A program made the position numbers and the translations under genes. The notes beneath the pieces are model-generated. The model searched no databases and was not told the DNA's origin. It saw only the letters and a list, made by a program, of their open reading frames with translations. A stretch of DNA of 57,407 nucleotides from Escherichia coli (GTDB lineage Bacteria; Pseudomonadota; Gammaproteobacteria; Enterobacterales; Enterobacteriaceae): assembly GCF_003334315.1 (NCBI RefSeq), contig NZ_QOWR01000028.1; one strand, given 5' to 3'. Below are positions 1-10,976 of this stretch, piece after piece (position 1 is the stretch's first letter; each line of letters opens with the position of its first letter).

Positions 1-108
1 GTAGCGCGGTGGTCCCACCTGACCCCATGCCGAACTCAGAAGTGAAACGCCGTAGCGCCGATGGTAGTGTGGGGTCTCCCCATGCGAGAGTAGGGAACTG
101 CCAGGCAT
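1..108 (+). rRNA. rrfD: 5S ribosomal RNA, 5'-truncated by window edge (first ~12 nt missing)
   Basis: Sequence identical to the second complete 5S copy at 234-353 from its 13th base onward; ends in ...GGGAACTGCCAGGCAT. Confidence 0.95.
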
Positions 109-120
109 CAAATTTAGCGT

Positions 121-196
121 GCTGATATGGCTCAGTTGGTAGAGCGCACCCTTGGTAAGGGTGAGGTCCCCAGTTCGACTCTGGGTATCAGCACCA
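121..196 (+). tRNA. thrV: tRNA-Thr (GGT anticodon context CUUGGUAAG), 76 nt with encoded CCA
   Basis: GCTGATATGGCTCAGTTGGTAGAGCGCACCCTTGGTAAGGGTGAGGTCCCCAGTTCGACTCTGGGTATCAGCACCA: cloverleaf with GGT anticodon and T-loop GTTCGACTC; sits between two 5S genes as in rrnD. Confidence 0.95.
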
Positions 197-233
197 CTTT
201 TTAGGTTAAAGTTCGGCAGATTAGAAAAGAATT

Positions 234-353
234 TGTCTGGCGGCAGTAGCGCGGTGGTCCCACCTGACCCCATGCCGAACTCAGAAGTGAAACGCCGTAG
301 CGCCGATGGTAGTGTGGGGTCTCCCCATGCGAGAGTAGGGAACTGCCAGGCAT
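234..353 (+). rRNA. rrfF: 5S ribosomal RNA, complete 120 nt
   Basis: TGTCTGGCGGCAGTAGCGCGGTGGTCCCACCTGACCCCATGCCGAACTCAGAAGTG...GGGAACTGCCAGGCAT canonical enterobacterial 5S. Confidence 0.96.
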
Positions 354-357
354 CAAA

Positions 358-398
358 TAAAACGAAAGGCTCAGTCGGAAGACTGGGCCTTTCGTTTT
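358..398 (+). terminator. rrn operon terminator T1 (Rho-independent hairpin + T run)
   Basis: AAACGAAAGGCTCAGTCGGAAGACTGGGCCTTTCGTTTTAT: long GC stem followed by U tract immediately after 5S. Confidence 0.85.
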
Positions 399-528
399 AT
401 CTGTTGTTTGTCGGTGAACGCTCTCCTGAGTAGGACAAATCCGCCGGGAGCGGATTTGAACGTTGCGAAGCAACGGCCCGGAGGGTGGCGGGCAGGACGC
501 CCGCCATAAACTGCCAGACATCAAATCA

Positions 529-566
529 AGCGAAAGGCCATCCGAAAGGATGGCCTTTTTGCTTTT
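529..566 (+). terminator. rrn operon terminator T2
   Basis: AGCGAAAGGCCATCCGAAAGGATGGCCTTTTTGCTTTT: perfect hairpin GGCCATCC/GGATGGCC followed by T run. Confidence 0.85.
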
Positions 567-581
567 CGAACTAACATTCAA

Positions 582-1340
582 TTAATGGATTACCTGCGAT
601 AAAAATGCCCTCGTACGCTCTGATTTAGGATGCGCAAAAAATTCATCAGGTGCAGCTTGCTCCACTATTTCCCCACGATCCATAAAAATTACCCGGTCAG
701 CGACGGTTCGTGCAAACCCCATCTCATGTGTTACACACAACATTGTCATACCCGACTGCGCCAGCCCAATCATCGTATCCAGCACCTCTTTCACCATCTC
801 AGGATCGAGCGCCGACGTTGGCTCATCAAACAACATAATTTTCGGCTTCATACACAGCGAACGCGCAATGGCAACGCGTTGCTGCTGACCACCTGAAATC
901 TGTCCGGGAAACTTATGCGCATGTTCGGCAATTCTCACCCGCTCTAGGTAATGCACCGCCAGATCTTCAGCCTCTTTTTTAGGCATCTTGCGTACCCAAA
1001 TCGGTGCCAGGGTACAGTTCTGTAAAACGGTCAGATGAGGGAAGAGATTGAAATGCTGAAAGACCATTCCCACTTCCTGCCTGACGCGCTCAATATTGCG
1101 GATATCTTCATTAAGTTCGATGCCATCTACCACGATCCGTCCCTGTTGATGTTCTTCCAGATGATTAATACAACGAATGGTTGTCGATTTACCGGAACCT
1201 GAAGGGCCACACAGAACGATCCGTTCTCCCGGTTGCACGGTTAAATTTATATTTTTCAAAACATGGAATTGTCCATACCATTTATTGACGTTTTCCAGCG
1301 TAATCATCGCGTTAGCAGGTTGCAGTAAAATTTGGCTCAT
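582..1340 (-). CDS. yhdZ: ABC transporter ATP-binding protein (polar amino acid uptake family)
   Basis: 252 aa; Walker [13 protein letters not shown] signature LSGGQQQRV, Walker [13 protein letters not shown]-loop. Confidence 0.95.
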   Translation of the reverse strand: MSQILLQPANAMITLENVNKWYGQFHVLKNINLTVQPGERIVLCGPSGSGKSTTIRCINHLEEHQQGRIVVDGIELNEDIRNIERVRQEVGMVFQHFNLFPHLTVLQNCTLAPIWVRKMPKKEAEDLAVHYLERVRIAEHAHKFPGQISGGQQQRVAIARSLCMKPKIMLFDEPTSALDPEMVKEVLDTMIGLAQSGMTMLCVTHEMGFARTVADRVIFMDRGEIVEQAAPDEFFAHPKSERTRAFLSQVIH

Positions 1341-1347
1341 AGTGTCC

Positions 1348-2454
1348 TCAATGCGGTGTACGCCCGGTGTTAAAACGTTTTTCCAGATACTGGCTATAGC
1401 GCGACATGCTGAAACAGAAGATCCAGTAGATCAGCGCGGCGAAAACATACCCTTCCGTCGACATACCCAACCAGGCGGGATCAACGGTTGCCTGCTGAAC
1501 GCTACTGAAAAGATCGAACAACCCGATAATGATCACCAGGCTGGTATCTTTGAAGAGTGCGATGATGGTATTTACCAGCCCAGGAATTACCAGCTTCAAC
1601 GCCTGTGGCAGAATAACCAGCCCCTGAGTTTTCCAGTAACCCAACGCCAGCGACTCTGCCGCTTCATATTGCCCTTTAGGCAGCGCCTGTAATCCACCTC
1701 GCACGACTTCCGCAACATATGCTGACTGAAACAGGATCACGCCAACCAGCGCGCGGATCAATTTGTCGATACTGGTGCCTTCTGCCATAAACAACGGCAG
1801 CATGACCGAAGACATAAACAGAACGGTAATCAGCGGCACGCCGCGCCAGAATTCGATAAAAATGACCGATAAGATACGCACAATCGGCATATGGGAGCGG
1901 CGACCTAACGCCAGTAAGATCCCCCACGGTAGCGCCCCCGCAATCCCAACTGATGCAATAATTAAAGTTAGCGTCAGCCCGCCCCATTGCCGGGTTTCAA
2001 CCCGCTCAAGAGCAAAAAAACCGCCATACATCAGCCACCAGACAATCAGTGGGTAAATCACCGCCCAGGCCGCAATATAGCGACCGCGATGCGGGAGTAT
2101 TTTCCAGAACATTGGTGCGATCGACACAAGCCCAATCAGTAATGCGAGGTTAATTCGCCAGCGTTGGTCGTGTGGGTAAAGCCCATACATAAACTGACCA
2201 AATCGTTCGTGGATGAAGACCCAACAGGCACCGGCTTTTGTGCAGTCGGCACGCGTTGAGCCAACCCAGTTAGCCTGCAAAAATGCCCAGTTCAGCAACG
2301 GTGGGATCAGTTCCCACATCAACCATATGCAGCCAATAGTCAGCAGGCTATTGCTCCAGCTGGAGAACAGATTTTTTCGCACCCACACCATCGCGCGGCT
2401 TGAGTTATGGCTCGCCGGGCGCGGGGGATGAGACAGCAATACTTTTGTCATCAT
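1348..2454 (-). CDS. yhdY: ABC transporter permease (amino acid family); annotated start may be the 2nd Met (1348-2451)
   Basis: 368-aa hydrophobic ORF, multiple TM segments, 3-nt gap to yhdZ, operon context. Confidence 0.93.
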   Translation of the reverse strand: MMTKVLLSHPPRPASHNSSRAMVWVRKNLFSSWSNSLLTIGCIWLMWELIPPLLNWAFLQANWVGSTRADCTKAGACWVFIHERFGQFMYGLYPHDQRWRINLALLIGLVSIAPMFWKILPHRGRYIAAWAVIYPLIVWWLMYGGFFALERVETRQWGGLTLTLIIASVGIAGALPWGILLALGRRSHMPIVRILSVIFIEFWRGVPLITVLFMSSVMLPLFMAEGTSIDKLIRALVGVILFQSAYVAEVVRGGLQALPKGQYEAAESLALGYWKTQGLVILPQALKLVIPGLVNTIIALFKDTSLVIIIGLFDLFSSVQQATVDPAWLGMSTEGYVFAALIYWIFCFSMSRYSQYLEKRFNTGRTPH

Positions 2455-2460
2455 GACTCC

Positions 2461-3642
2461 TTAGCGTTCAACGATCGCGATGCGGCGGTTATAGATATTC
2501 ATCAGCAGCGAGATAGTCAGGCTGATAATCAGATAGACCGACATGGTCATGGCTATCGTCTCGATGGCTTGCCCCGTCTGATTCAGCACGGTGCCGGCAA
2601 ACAGCGAAACCATATCGGGATAGCCAATAGCGGCGGCAAGAGAGGAGTTTTTGACGATGTTGAGATACTGGCTGGTTAACGGTGGAATAATCACCCGCAA
2701 TGCCTGGGGAATAATGACCTGGCGTAGCGTAACCGGGTTGGGTAATCCCAGTGACCGAGCCGCTTCATGTTGACCATAAGGCACTGCCTGGATCCCAGCG
2801 CGGATAATCTCGGCGATAAATGCAGATGTATAAACCGAAAGTGCCAGCGTTAAGGCTGCCAGTTCAGGAATTAAAACCATCCCGCCGCGGAAGTTAAAGC
2901 CTCGTAGGGCTGGGACATCCCAGTGTAGTGCTGCGCCAAAAAGCCATTGCGCCAGTAAAGGCAAACCAATGATCAACACTGCGGCGATCGGCCAGGTGCG
3001 GCGCAGTTGTCCGGTCTTTATCTGGTATGTTTTATTAAAGCGGAATAGCCCAACAGAAAGGACTATAGCCATAACAACAGCCAGGATAAACGCAATAAAT
3101 CCGTCTCCCAGCTGCGGTGACGGAATATAAAGCCCACGATTGCTCAAAAAGGCCAGATCAAACGCGCTCACAGCCTGGCGTGGTCCGGGCAAATTGCGCA
3201 ACACGGCAAAGTACCAGAAGAAGATTTGCAGCAGCGGGGGAATATTACGGAAGATCTCAATATAAATTGTGGAAAGCTTTCGTAGCAGCCAGTTATCCGA
3301 AAGTCTCGCCAGACCGATAAAGAAGCCCAAAACAGAAGCGAACACAATACACAATGCAGAAACCAGTAGCGTATTGAGTAAGCCGACAATAAAAACGCGT
3401 CCGTAGGTGTCGCCCTGCTGGTAATCGATCAAATGCTGGACAATACCGAAGCCAGCGCCGCGATCCAGAAAGGCAAAACCTGAAGTAATGCCACGATTAT
3501 TGAGATTCGTTACAGTGTTGTGAAATAACCAACCAACAATGCCGACAACAGCAACAACGGCAAGGATCTGGAATAACCAGGCGCGAACCGTAGGGTTGGC
3601 AAAAGAGAGTGAGCCTTTAACGGTTGAGCGGCGATGAGACAT
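2461..3642 (-). CDS. yhdX: ABC transporter permease (amino acid family)
   Basis: ORF 2461-3660; known protein begins MSHRRSTVKGS (internal Met), 393 aa; polytopic membrane protein. Confidence 0.92.
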   Translation of the reverse strand: MSHRRSTVKGSLSFANPTVRAWLFQILAVVAVVGIVGWLFHNTVTNLNNRGITSGFAFLDRGAGFGIVQHLIDYQQGDTYGRVFIVGLLNTLLVSALCIVFASVLGFFIGLARLSDNWLLRKLSTIYIEIFRNIPPLLQIFFWYFAVLRNLPGPRQAVSAFDLAFLSNRGLYIPSPQLGDGFIAFILAVVMAIVLSVGLFRFNKTYQIKTGQLRRTWPIAAVLIIGLPLLAQWLFGAALHWDVPALRGFNFRGGMVLIPELAALTLALSVYTSAFIAEIIRAGIQAVPYGQHEAARSLGLPNPVTLRQVIIPQALRVIIPPLTSQYLNIVKNSSLAAAIGYPDMVSLFAGTVLNQTGQAIETIAMTMSVYLIISLTISLLMNIYNRRIAIVER

Positions 3643-3709
3643 AGAAACCTCGGAAAGCATAACGCTGAAGAGAGCGCCGCCGTAGCGACGCTCGTTACCT
3701 CACACCGAC

Positions 3710-4735
3710 TTAACGCACGGGCGGTGCGTACTGAATACCGCCGTTATTCCAGAGATTATTTTGCCCACGTTTAATTTTCAGCGGGCTTTCTGAACCTACG
3801 TTACGCTCAAAAATTTCCGAGTAGTTACCCACCTGTTTGATGATGTTATAGGCCCATTTATTATCCAACTTCAGATCCTTGCCGTAATCGCCTTCTTTAC
3901 CCAGCAGATGTGCCATATCAGGCGTTGCTGGATTAGCCGCTTTTTCATCGACGTTCTGGGAATTGATGCCCATCTCTTCAGCATTTAGCATGGCGAAAAG
4001 CGTCCAGCGTACAATCGAGAACCATTCATCATCGCCACGACGAACTACCGGCCCAAGCGGTTCTTTAGAGATAACCTCCGGTAAGACAATCCATTCAGCC
4101 GGGTTGCTTAATTTGATGCGCAGGGCATACAGTTGGGATTGATCCGAAGCCAGCGTATCGCAGCGACCAGATTCCAGTGCCTTCGCTGATTCGTCAGAGC
4201 GATCGAAAGTCACTGGTGTGTACTTCATATTGTTTGCCTTGAAATAGTCGGCGACGTTGAGTTCGGTATCAGTACCCGCCTGAATACAGACGGTAGCGCC
4301 ATCCAGTTCTTTCGCGCTTTTTAGCCCCGCTTTATCGTGCGTCAGGAAGCCAATGCCGTCGTAATAAGTGACGCCAGTAAATGCCATTCCCATCCCGGCA
4401 TCGCGAGATGAAGTCCAGGTCGTATTACGGGAGAGCAAATCCACCTCCCCTGACTGTAAAGCGGTGAAGCGTTCTTTTGCAGTGAGCGGGGTATATTTCA
4501 CTTTCGTGTCGTCACCAAATACAGCAGCGGCAACACCACGACAAATATCAACATCAATACCTGAAAATTTACCGTCAGCATCGGCATAAGAGAACCCAGG
4601 TAATCCATCACTGATCCCGCATTGCACAAAACCTTTTTTCTGTACGGCATCAAGCGTCGCGCCAGCATGCGCCTGATTTGCAACGGCAAGCAGCACGCTG
4701 GCGGCAGCCAGTGTGGCTATCATCATCTTTTTCAT
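3710..4735 (-). CDS. yhdW: periplasmic amino-acid-binding protein of ABC transporter
   Basis: 341 aa with N-terminal signal peptide MKKMMIATLAAASVLLAVANQAHA; solute-binding fold; first gene of yhdWXYZ. Confidence 0.94.
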   Translation of the reverse strand: MKKMMIATLAAASVLLAVANQAHAGATLDAVQKKGFVQCGISDGLPGFSYADADGKFSGIDVDICRGVAAAVFGDDTKVKYTPLTAKERFTALQSGEVDLLSRNTTWTSSRDAGMGMAFTGVTYYDGIGFLTHDKAGLKSAKELDGATVCIQAGTDTELNVADYFKANNMKYTPVTFDRSDESAKALESGRCDTLASDQSQLYALRIKLSNPAEWIVLPEVISKEPLGPVVRRGDDEWFSIVRWTLFAMLNAEEMGINSQNVDEKAANPATPDMAHLLGKEGDYGKDLKLDNKWAYNIIKQVGNYSEIFERNVGSESPLKIKRGQNNLWNNGGIQYAPPVR

Positions 4736-5165
4736 AATGCTTCCTGTGAGGCGAAAATTATCGTTATAGGACGTTTGGGAAACGTCTTTTACCTGTCTGT
4801 GGCCATCCTCTTATAAGCAAAAGTAGTGCCAGCTTTTGCGCACGATTTCGCGTCGCAATAAGCTGAGTGTAGACAGGAAATAATAAAAACAGCGCCCCGC
4901 AATGGTGCGAAAATGAAACATGCGCCACATTTTGGCGCAAAATATTTACGCGTGTTTTACTAAGCAGAATAATGATTGTTAGCGTGAGTATATTTCTGGT
5001 GGGAAGTGCGAAAGTTAAATTGATGCGTTATTTCGAAAGCAGCGAAATAACGCGATATAACATGCTAAGTCAGCAGAGAATTAGCCAGCAGAATATAGCA
5101 ATATTTTATCTTATGTAAAGATACTGTATCGTTAAACAGAGCGCGAAACTCCGCGCCCTGTTCAG

Positions 5166-5387
5166 TTATTTCGACAGAGCGATGATCCCCATCGTCAGGC
5201 CAGCAACAGCTGCTGCTCCGCCAGCAATAGCCCCAGCCGTTTCCCAGTTATCCTGAGTTGTGCCTTTCATACAGGTATTGGTGTGAACCAGACGCCCCTG
5301 ATCGTCATAAACCGGAACGCAGGGCGAATCGTGAGCACAGCCCGCCAGCAATGCGGTGAGCAATGCCACAGGAATTAATCTTTTCAT
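5166..5387 (-). CDS. yhdV: small outer-membrane lipoprotein
   Basis: 73 aa; lipobox LLAGC after signal peptide; Gly/Ala-rich C-terminal hydrophobic segment GAIAGGAAAVAGLTMGIIAL. Confidence 0.85.
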   Translation of the reverse strand: MKRLIPVALLTALLAGCAHDSPCVPVYDDQGRLVHTNTCMKGTTQDNWETAGAIAGGAAAVAGLTMGIIALSK

Positions 5388-5605
5388 GGTGTTACCTCAG
5401 TAATAAACGCTAACGCTTAATAAGTTAACTCTCTTATTAACGAGCTGAATGCCATTTTATCACCGGAGGTTATAAATCTTGCGGAATGAATAATGACAAA
5501 TTATGTGAATTGTAAAAATAGTGAAGGGAGCGGGAACTATAGAAAGCTTTTAAAGAGTGAGCAAAAGAATATCTTATTAATTTTTATGGGTTTCACTGAA
5601 AATAA

Positions 5606-5632
5606 TAAAGGCACCCGAAAGCGCCTTTATGT
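5606..5632 (-). terminator. candidate acrEF terminator hairpin
   Basis: AAAGGCACCCGAAAGCGCCTTT just 3' of acrF stop; on minus strand followed by TTTATTATTTT. Confidence 0.45.
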
Positions 5633-5639
5633 TTCAGAT

Positions 5640-8600
5640 TTATCCTTTAAAGCAACGGCGGATCACCACAAAGAACACCGGTACGAAGAAGATTGCCAGC
5701 AACGTTGCAGAGACCATTCCGCCCATTACCCCGATACCCACTGCGTTCTGCGCGCCACTGCCGGCACCGTTACTGATAGCTAGCGGTAATACGCCGAGAA
5801 TAAAGGCGAGAGAGGTCATCAGGATAGGACGCAGACGCATACGTACTGCCATTAGTGTCGCTTCAACAACACCTTTACCCTCTTTCTCCATGAGATCTTT
5901 AGCGAACTCAACAATCAAAATAGCGTTTTTGGCCGACAAGCCAATTGTCGTTAGCAAGCCCACCATAAAGTAGACGTCATTTTTTTGATTAAAGAGTGTT
6001 GCCGCCAGTAGCACGCCGACAATCCCTAACGGCACTACCAACATAACCGAGACAGGAATTGACCAGCTTTCATAGAGTGCAGCAAGGCACAGGAAAACAA
6101 CCACAAAGGAAATTGCTACCAGAGCGGGAGCCTGGTTTCCCGATAAGCGTTCCTGATACGACATACCCGTCCAGTCATAACCAATGCCCGCAGGTAATTT
6201 TGACGCAAGGTTTTCCATCAACGCCATGGCATCGCCGGAACTGGTTCCTGGCGCGGCTTCCCCCTGAATCTCCATTGACGGCAGACCGTTGTAGCGTTCC
6301 AGTCGCGGAGAGCCATACACCCAATGTGAAGTGGTAAAGGCCGAGAATGGCACCATTTCGCCGTTGGCGCTGCGGACATAAAGTTTATCGACATCTTCTG
6401 GCAGCATACGGAATTTGGCATCCGCCTGAACATACACCTTTTTCACACGACCACGGTCGATGAAGTCGTTAACGTAAGTCCCACCCAGCGCCGTTGAAAT
6501 GGTCTGATTGATGTCAGAAAGTGAAACACCTAATGCCTGCGCCTTTTCCTGGTCAACTTCCAGTTTAAACTGCGCGGTGTCTTCCAGGCCATTAGGACGC
6601 ACGCTGACTAAGCTGGCAGGATGTTGCGCAGCCATACCAAGCAACTGGTTACGGGCCTGGGTTAGGGCATCGTGACCCAGCCCAGCCTGATCAATTAACT
6701 CAAAGTCGAAACCCGTTGCCGTGCCCAGTTCAACAATGGCTGGCATATTGAATGGAATGACAAAACCGTCGCGGATCTTGCCCAATTCCATTTTGGCACG
6801 ATGGATTACCGCTTCCGCACTGTTTTCATCACCATTACGCTCTTCCCACGGTTTCAGACTGACGAAGGCCATACCGGCGTTTTGTGCCTGGCCGCTGAAG
6901 CTAAAGCCGTTAACCGTAAAGACACTTTCAACGTTCGCTTTCTCGTTCTTCAGATAGTAATCCGTCACTTGATCCAACACTTTTTGCGTCCGCTCTTGCG
7001 TCGCGCCAGCGGGTAACTGAATCATGGTCAGAAAGACACCCTGATCCTCTTCAGGTAAGAAGGAAGACGGAAGACGTAAAAACAACACCACCATTCCTGC
7101 AACAATCAGCGCATAGATCAGTAAATATCGTCCTGTGGAACCGAGGATTTTGCCGACGCTGTTGGTGTAGTGGTTAACGCTATGATCGAAGGTGGTATTA
7201 AACCAGCCGAAGAAACCGCCCTTATTTTCGTGATGCTCAGCAGAGACGGGTTTAAGCAGCGTTGCACATAACGCAGGGGTAAGAATCAATGCCACCAGAA
7301 CAGAAAGCGCCATTGCCGAAACGATGGTGATAGAGAACTGGCGATAAATTGCCCCAGTAGAACCGCCGAAGAATGCCATCGGAATAAATACCGCTGACAG
7401 CACCATCGCGATACCCACCAGTGCGCCCTGAATTTGCGACATTGATTTTTCCGTCGCTTCTTTTGGCGGGAGCTTATCCTCCATCATCACGCGCTCGACG
7501 TTCTCCACCACCACTATCGCATCATCGACGAGCAGCCCGATGGCAAGCACCATCCCGAACATCGTTAGTGTGTTGATGGAGTAACCAAAAGCGGCGAGGA
7601 TGGCAAACGTCCCTAACAACACCACGGGTACCGCAATGGTGGGGATCAGCGTTGCTCGCATATTCTGCAAGAACAGATACATCACCAGGAACACCAGCAT
7701 AATGGCTTCGAACAGCGTTTTTACCACTTCGTGAATAGAAAGCTGGACGAATGGCGTGGTGTCATAAGGGTAGAGAACCTTCATTCCCTGCGGGAAGAAT
7801 GGCTGTAATTCCGCCAGTTTTGCCTTAATGGCTTTCGCGGTATCGAGAGCATTCGCGCCGGTTGCCAGCTTAATCCCCAGGCCCGCCGCCGGTTTTCCGT
7901 TGATACGAGCGATAACGTTATAGTTTTCACCGCCAAGTTCAACCCGTGCGACATCTTTCAGGCGTACCACCGAGCCGTCACTGTTTACGCGCAGGGTCAC
8001 TTTGCCGAATTCTTCCGGATTTTTTAACCGCGTTTGAGCAATAATCGAGGCATTCAACTGTTGCCCTGGTAACGCTGGCGTTCCGCCCAACTGTCCGGCA
8101 GCGATCTGATCGTTCTGTACCTTCAACTGGTTAATCACATCAACCGGTGTCAGTTTATATTTGTTTAGCAGATCGGCGTCCAGCCAGATACGCATCGCAT
8201 ACTGTGCGCCGAAAAGCTGTACGTCACCGACGCCATTCAGACGGCTAAGCGTATCTTTAACGTTAGAGGCCACATAGTCCGAGATATCGTCCTGTGTGGT
8301 GTCTGGGTTATCAGAGACAAAGCCCGCCACCATCAAATAGCTGCTACTGGACTTTTCAACACTGATCCCCTGCTGCTGAACCTCCTGCGGCAGCAACGGC
8401 GTGGCGAGCTGGAGTTTGTTCTGCACCTGCACTTGCGCGATATCAGGATCGGTCCCGGACTGGAAGGTAAGGGTAATTGTCACGCTACCGGCGGAATCGC
8501 TGGTGGAGGACATATACATCAGGTTATCGATACCATTCATATTCTGTTCGATAACCTGCGTCACCGTATCCTGCACGGTCTGCGCATCAGCACCTGGATA

Positions 8601-8744
8601 GTTTGCCGAAACAGAAACCGCAGGCGGTGCAATGGTTGGATACTGAGCGACGGGCAATTGTAGGATCGCCAGTGCGCCCGCCATCATCAGAATAATGGCC
8701 AGCACCCATGCAAATATCGGTCGTCGAATAAAAAAGTTTGCCAT
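5640..8744 (-). CDS. acrF: RND multidrug efflux pump inner-membrane transporter
   Basis: 1034 aa; [24 protein letters not shown]-terminus, 12-TM RND architecture, AcrB paralog. Confidence 0.97.
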   Translation of the reverse strand: MANFFIRRPIFAWVLAIILMMAGALAILQLPVAQYPTIAPPAVSVSANYPGADAQTVQDTVTQVIEQNMNGIDNLMYMSSTSDSAGSVTITLTFQSGTDPDIAQVQVQNKLQLATPLLPQEVQQQGISVEKSSSSYLMVAGFVSDNPDTTQDDISDYVASNVKDTLSRLNGVGDVQLFGAQYAMRIWLDADLLNKYKLTPVDVINQLKVQNDQIAAGQLGGTPALPGQQLNASIIAQTRLKNPEEFGKVTLRVNSDGSVVRLKDVARVELGGENYNVIARINGKPAAGLGIKLATGANALDTAKAIKAKLAELQPFFPQGMKVLYPYDTTPFVQLSIHEVVKTLFEAIMLVFLVMYLFLQNMRATLIPTIAVPVVLLGTFAILAAFGYSINTLTMFGMVLAIGLLVDDAIVVVENVERVMMEDKLPPKEATEKSMSQIQGALVGIAMVLSAVFIPMAFFGGSTGAIYRQFSITIVSAMALSVLVALILTPALCATLLKPVSAEHHENKGGFFGWFNTTFDHSVNHYTNSVGKILGSTGRYLLIYALIVAGMVVLFLRLPSSFLPEEDQGVFLTMIQLPAGATQERTQKVLDQVTDYYLKNEKANVESVFTVNGFSFSGQAQNAGMAFVSLKPWEERNGDENSAEAVIHRAKMELGKIRDGFVIPFNMPAIVELGTATGFDFELIDQAGLGHDALTQARNQLLGMAAQHPASLVSVRPNGLEDTAQFKLEVDQEKAQALGVSLSDINQTISTALGGTYVNDFIDRGRVKKVYVQADAKFRMLPEDVDKLYVRSANGEMVPFSAFTTSHWVYGSPRLERYNGLPSMEIQGEAAPGTSSGDAMALMENLASKLPAGIGYDWTGMSYQERLSGNQAPALVAISFVVVFLCLAALYESWSIPVSVMLVVPLGIVGVLLAATLFNQKNDVYFMVGLLTTIGLSAKNAILIVEFAKDLMEKEGKGVVEATLMAVRMRLRPILMTSLAFILGVLPLAISNGAGSGAQNAVGIGVMGGMVSATLLAIFFVPVFFVVIRRCFKG

Positions 8745-8755
8745 GTCAGATTACC

Positions 8756-9913
8756 TTACTTCGATGCAGTATCTGCGGGGGTATCGGTAGTGGCTTTAAC
8801 CTGCTCTCCCGGACGCGCTTTTTGCAGGCCGCTGACAATGACTTGATCGCCAGATTTCAGACCTTCGCTAATCAACCATTTATCGCCAATCGCCTGACTG
8901 GCAACGACAGGGCGCGCTTCCACCTGACTTTTATCGTTAACAATCAGCACGGTTGCATCACCACGCGGTGTGCGGCTAACGCCTTGTTGCGGGATAAGAA
9001 TGGCGTCAGGTTGGACGCCTTCATCAATCCGTGCACGCACAAACATACCCGGCAAAAGCGTATGTTGCGGGTTAGGGAAGACAGCACGTAGGGTTATGGA
9101 GCCGGTGCTTTCATCAACGGTCACATCAGAGAATTGCAGCGTACCTTTCAGGGGATAGGTTTGACCGTTTTCCATGACCAACTCTACGTTGCTGGTGGCG
9201 TTTTCCTTATGCAAATTTCCTTGCTCTACGGATTGCTTCAGCCTCATAAAATCGTTGCTGGATTGGGTCACATCAACGTAGATAGGATCGAGCTGCTGGA
9301 CAGTCGCCAGTTCAGTCGTTTGCCCATTAGTGACAAGAGCGCCTTCGGTCACGGTCGATTTGCCGATACGTCCGCTAATTGGCGCAGTCACTTTGGTATA
9401 AGCGAGATTGATGCGAGCGCTTTCGACTGTGGCTTTTGCGGCAATCACGGCGGCATCGGCCTGGCGAGCATCAGCAATGGCCTGGTCGTACTCCTGCTGG
9501 CTGATGTATTTCGTACCCACGAGCGGAACGTAACGTTTTACCGTCAAATGCGCGATGGCGGCGGCGGCTTCACTTTTCGCCAGTTCGCCTTTCGCGCTGT
9601 TATAATTTGCCTGATAGGTCGCGGGATCGATCTGGTACAGGGACTGGCCTGCTTGTACATCGCTGCCTTCAGTGAAATTACGATTCAGTACGATCCCGCT
9701 AACCTGTGGGCGAACTTCGGCTATACGGTAAGCATTGGTGCGGCCTGGTAATTCAGTCTTAACTTCTAACGGGGCCGTTTTCACAATATGAACGGTAACC
9801 TGCGGTTCACCGACGTGAGCTTTCTCTTCTCCCTTATCGTTACAACCGGCGATTAAAGCCGCGGAGATCAGAATAAAGGAGGGCAGGAGGAAAAACCTGG
9901 CATGTTTCGTCAT
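8756..9913 (-). CDS. acrE: RND efflux periplasmic adaptor (membrane fusion) lipoprotein
   Basis: 385 aa; lipobox LIAGC; biotinyl/lipoyl-like and beta-barrel MFP domains; 11 bp upstream of acrF. Confidence 0.96.
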   Translation of the reverse strand: MTKHARFFLLPSFILISAALIAGCNDKGEEKAHVGEPQVTVHIVKTAPLEVKTELPGRTNAYRIAEVRPQVSGIVLNRNFTEGSDVQAGQSLYQIDPATYQANYNSAKGELAKSEAAAAIAHLTVKRYVPLVGTKYISQQEYDQAIADARQADAAVIAAKATVESARINLAYTKVTAPISGRIGKSTVTEGALVTNGQTTELATVQQLDPIYVDVTQSSNDFMRLKQSVEQGNLHKENATSNVELVMENGQTYPLKGTLQFSDVTVDESTGSITLRAVFPNPQHTLLPGMFVRARIDEGVQPDAILIPQQGVSRTPRGDATVLIVNDKSQVEARPVVASQAIGDKWLISEGLKSGDQVIVSGLQKARPGEQVKATTDTPADTASK

Positions 9914-10311
9914 TACTATTCCTCAAAAAACCAAAAGCGCGTTATTTACCCAGAAAGGCAACGCGTTAACTCGCAGAAAGAAAAATACAGTTTGCTATCC
10001 TACAAATTATCATTCGTCGATGTAAGGAATAGTTATGAATACTGGCGTCTCAAGGCACATAAACACAAAAAAAGATTAATATTCTACTGTTTTATTTTGA
10101 CGCGGGTTGAAAGAGGCAGAATTAAAACCTCGTAAATTGAAATATATATTGATGTGGCGAATGTATTTTAGGTAAATAATATATATTATTTATTTGACGA
10201 TTTATAGCAACTCAATGTTACCCTCTCGTATAAATACACATTAGATGATAGATTAACCTTCGCTATTTTCTCATCCTGTGTCGAATATATTTATTTCCTG
10301 AATAATTAATC

Positions 10312-10974
10312 ATGGCAAAAAGAACCAAAGCCGAAGCTCTGAAGACCCGGCAAGAACTGATTGAAACTGCCATCGCCCAGTTTGCGCAACATGGCGTAAG
10401 CAAGACGACGCTCAACGACATTGCCGATGCCGCTAACGTTACGCGTGGCGCTATCTACTGGCACTTCGAGAACAAGACCCAACTGTTTAATGAGATGTGG
10501 TTGCAACAGCCTTCATTGCGGGAGTTAATCCAGGAACACTTGACGGCTGGATTAGAGCATGACCCGTTTCAACAATTGCGTGAAAAATTGATTGTCGGCT
10601 TGCAATATATTGCCAAAATTCCCCGCCAGCAGGCGTTGCTGAAAATCTTATATCACAAATGTGAATTTAATGATGAGATGCTGGCCGAGGTAGTGATACG
10701 CGAAAAGATGGGCTTTAATCCGCAGACTCTCCGCGAAGTATTGCAGGCGTGTCAGCAACAAGGTTGTGTAGCAAATAACCTCGATTTAGATGTTGTGATG
10801 ATTATTATTGATGGTGCCTTCAGCGGAATTGTTCAAAACTGGTTAATGAATATGGCGGGTTATGATCTTTATAAACAAGCACCCGCGCTGGTCGATAACG
10901 TATTAAGAATGTTCATGCCAGATGAAAACATAACGAAATTAATTCATCAAACGAATGAATTAAGTGTCATGTAA
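10312..10974 (+). CDS. acrS: TetR-family transcriptional repressor of acrEF (and acrAB)
   Basis: 220 aa; N-terminal TetR HTH (TLNDIADAANVTRGAIYWHFENK); divergent from acrEF. Confidence 0.95.
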   Translation: MAKRTKAEALKTRQELIETAIAQFAQHGVSKTTLNDIADAANVTRGAIYWHFENKTQLFNEMWLQQPSLRELIQEHLTAGLEHDPFQQLREKLIVGLQYIAKIPRQQALLKILYHKCEFNDEMLAEVVIREKMGFNPQTLREVLQACQQQGCVANNLDLDVVMIIIDGAFSGIVQNWLMNMAGYDLYKQAPALVDNVLRMFMPDENITKLIHQTNELSVM

Positions 10975-10976
10975 AT

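Noticed and set aside
358-566. Possible cloning-vector contamination (sequence matches the rrn T1/T2 terminators used in expression plasmids)
   Set aside because: The terminators sit in native context directly after 5S-tRNA-Thr-5S and are followed by chromosomal yhdZ; this is the genomic rrn operon end, not vector.
5629-8663. Multiple 60-117 aa ORFs on both strands
   Set aside because: Embedded in acrF, whose minus-strand frame gives a full-length RND transporter; these are frame shadows.
9902-10135. 77-aa plus-strand ORF in the acrE-acrS intergenic region
   Set aside because: Lies in the AT-rich divergent promoter region, overlaps the acrE start, Lys/Arg/Tyr-rich junk-like composition, no RBS.
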